The notes beneath the pieces were generated by a model that was not told the origin of the DNA, searched no databases, and was given only the letters and a program-made list of their open reading frames with translations. Of a stretch of DNA of 64,000 nucleotides, positions 63,430 to 64,000 are shown piece after piece. The DNA comes from an uncultured Candidatus Saccharibacteria bacterium (GTDB taxonomy: Bacteria > Patescibacteriota > Saccharimonadia > Saccharimonadales > JACDBH01), in the NCBI GenBank assembly GCA_964644965.1, contig CAZXYN010000003.1, forward strand, positions 35,742 to 99,741, given 5' to 3'. The translations under genes and the position numbers were made by a program. Position 1 is the first letter of the stretch. Each line of letters starts with the position of its first letter.

Positions 63430-63636
63430 GGATGCCCGAACCAACCTCTTACAGTAAAAGATGGGTTCGCGGATCCTAAAACCTTTGTATTTGGATGCCT
63501 AGTGCGATTTCTTCATCTTGGAGCGGAGCGAGCCGTACTAACGTACGGTGAAGCGAGCATCCAAGTGAAAAATCGTGCTAGGCGCCAAAAGTAGCTCGGC
63601 AGACGGTTGGCTCTGCCGACCGACAGACCGAGCTAC
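63430..63636. repeat. Structured intergenic element, copy B (paralogue of 14699..14911)
   Basis: Hairpin 63430-63442/63464-63476. A 17-position stem pairs 63497-63514 with 63567-63583. Inner helices are 63517-63522/63560-63565 and 63533-63538/63543-63548. A terminal hairpin at 63591-63636 has the loop CTCTG. On the minus strand the terminal hairpin is followed by TTTT, so it probably also terminates the KGG gene. Confidence 0.7.
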
Positions 63637-63648
63637 GATGCATAGGTT

Positions 63649-63846
63649 TTAAACTGTTTTCTTAGTGCGGCGGCTAATACGTCCACCCTTAGCGCCAGCA
63701 ATACGAGCAAGGTCACGGTTAGCAGCGAAGCCGCCAGTTGTACCCTTTTTACCGCCCATAGCACCGATGCGAGCGTAGAAGTCAGCACCGTACTTAGTTT
63801 TGTTTGTTGATGCAGCAGCTTTGCCGCCAGTCTTTGTTCCTGCCAT
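63649..63846 (-). CDS. KGG-repeat general stress protein (YciG-like)
   Basis: The sequence MAGTKTGGKAAAS...IGAMGGKKGTTGGFAANRDLARIAGAKGGRISRR contains KGG-type repeats. The start is taken at ATG 63846. Confidence 0.7.
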   Translation of the reverse strand: MAGTKTGGKAAASTNKTKYGADFYARIGAMGGKKGTTGGFAANRDLARIAGAKGGRISRRTKKTV

Positions 63847-64000
63847 TGTTTTTTCCCTTTCGTGCGCGCTTATTTTGAGAGTCGTCATTTTCGTCCAGCC
63901 GAGGACATTTCTTCGCCGTATAATTTACATACGCCTACGAAATGGATGCCTCATCTGAACAAAAATGACGCTTGGCTCAAAAGAACCGCTTCACAGTGGT

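Noticed and set aside
1-64000. tRNA or rRNA genes
   Set aside because: Visual scanning of all spacers for T-loop (GGTTCGAATCC-like) and anticodon-arm patterns found none. The closest look-alikes (48588-48600 gttcgagtcccc; 63463-63476 gggttcgcggatcc) lack complementary stems. A tRNAscan/Infernal run would be needed to be certain.

Overview
This is a 64-kb chromosomal segment. It is densely coding and almost every gene lies on the minus strand. Most of the content is housekeeping: secA, hpf, serS, rsmE, msrA, lysS, greA, proS, rseP, uppS, frr, tsf, rpsB, rpmE, prfA-prmC, htrA-like, LCP, lepB, parAB, rplU, ileS, nrdJ, nrdR, ftsZ-ftsA, map, adk, rpsU, priA-def-fmt, infB and rpsA. Several features suggest, by inference only, a reduced-genome Patescibacteria/CPR organism, possibly Saccharibacteria-like. 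These are compact protein versions (198-aa EF-Ts, 586-aa IF2, 415-aa ProRS without the INS editing domain), absent members of normally conserved clusters (pyrH, cdsA/dxr, rpmA), and giant surface proteins. I recognised no rRNA, tRNA, CRISPR array, transposase or integrase. Items worth a second look: (1) A ~10-kb accessory island (30.2-40.2 kb) encodes two tandem membrane-anchored giant proteins. One is an 18-blade Kelch protein. The other is a 1,867-aa mosaic fibre with a thrice-repeated two-cysteine module, a ~225-aa glycine-rich domain and YadA-head-like repeats. The island lies behind a 500-bp AT-rich gap. (2) A family of structured intergenic elements has two full paralogous copies (14.7 kb and 63.4-63.6 kb) that show compensatory base changes in three helices. 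(3) An Ile-specific T-box leader lies upstream of ileS; its T-box sequence contains the ATG that the ORF track uses as the start. (4) A promoter-terminator-SD arrangement sits in the greA leader. (5) Several genes have consensus -10 boxes 6-10 nt upstream of the start codon, which suggests leaderless mRNAs. (6) NrdR-box-like palindromes lie upstream of nrdR. (7) A PaaX/Cas2-fold-like gene is bracketed by two copies of a 44-bp palindrome. All functional statements come from reading motifs by eye; no database search was possible.
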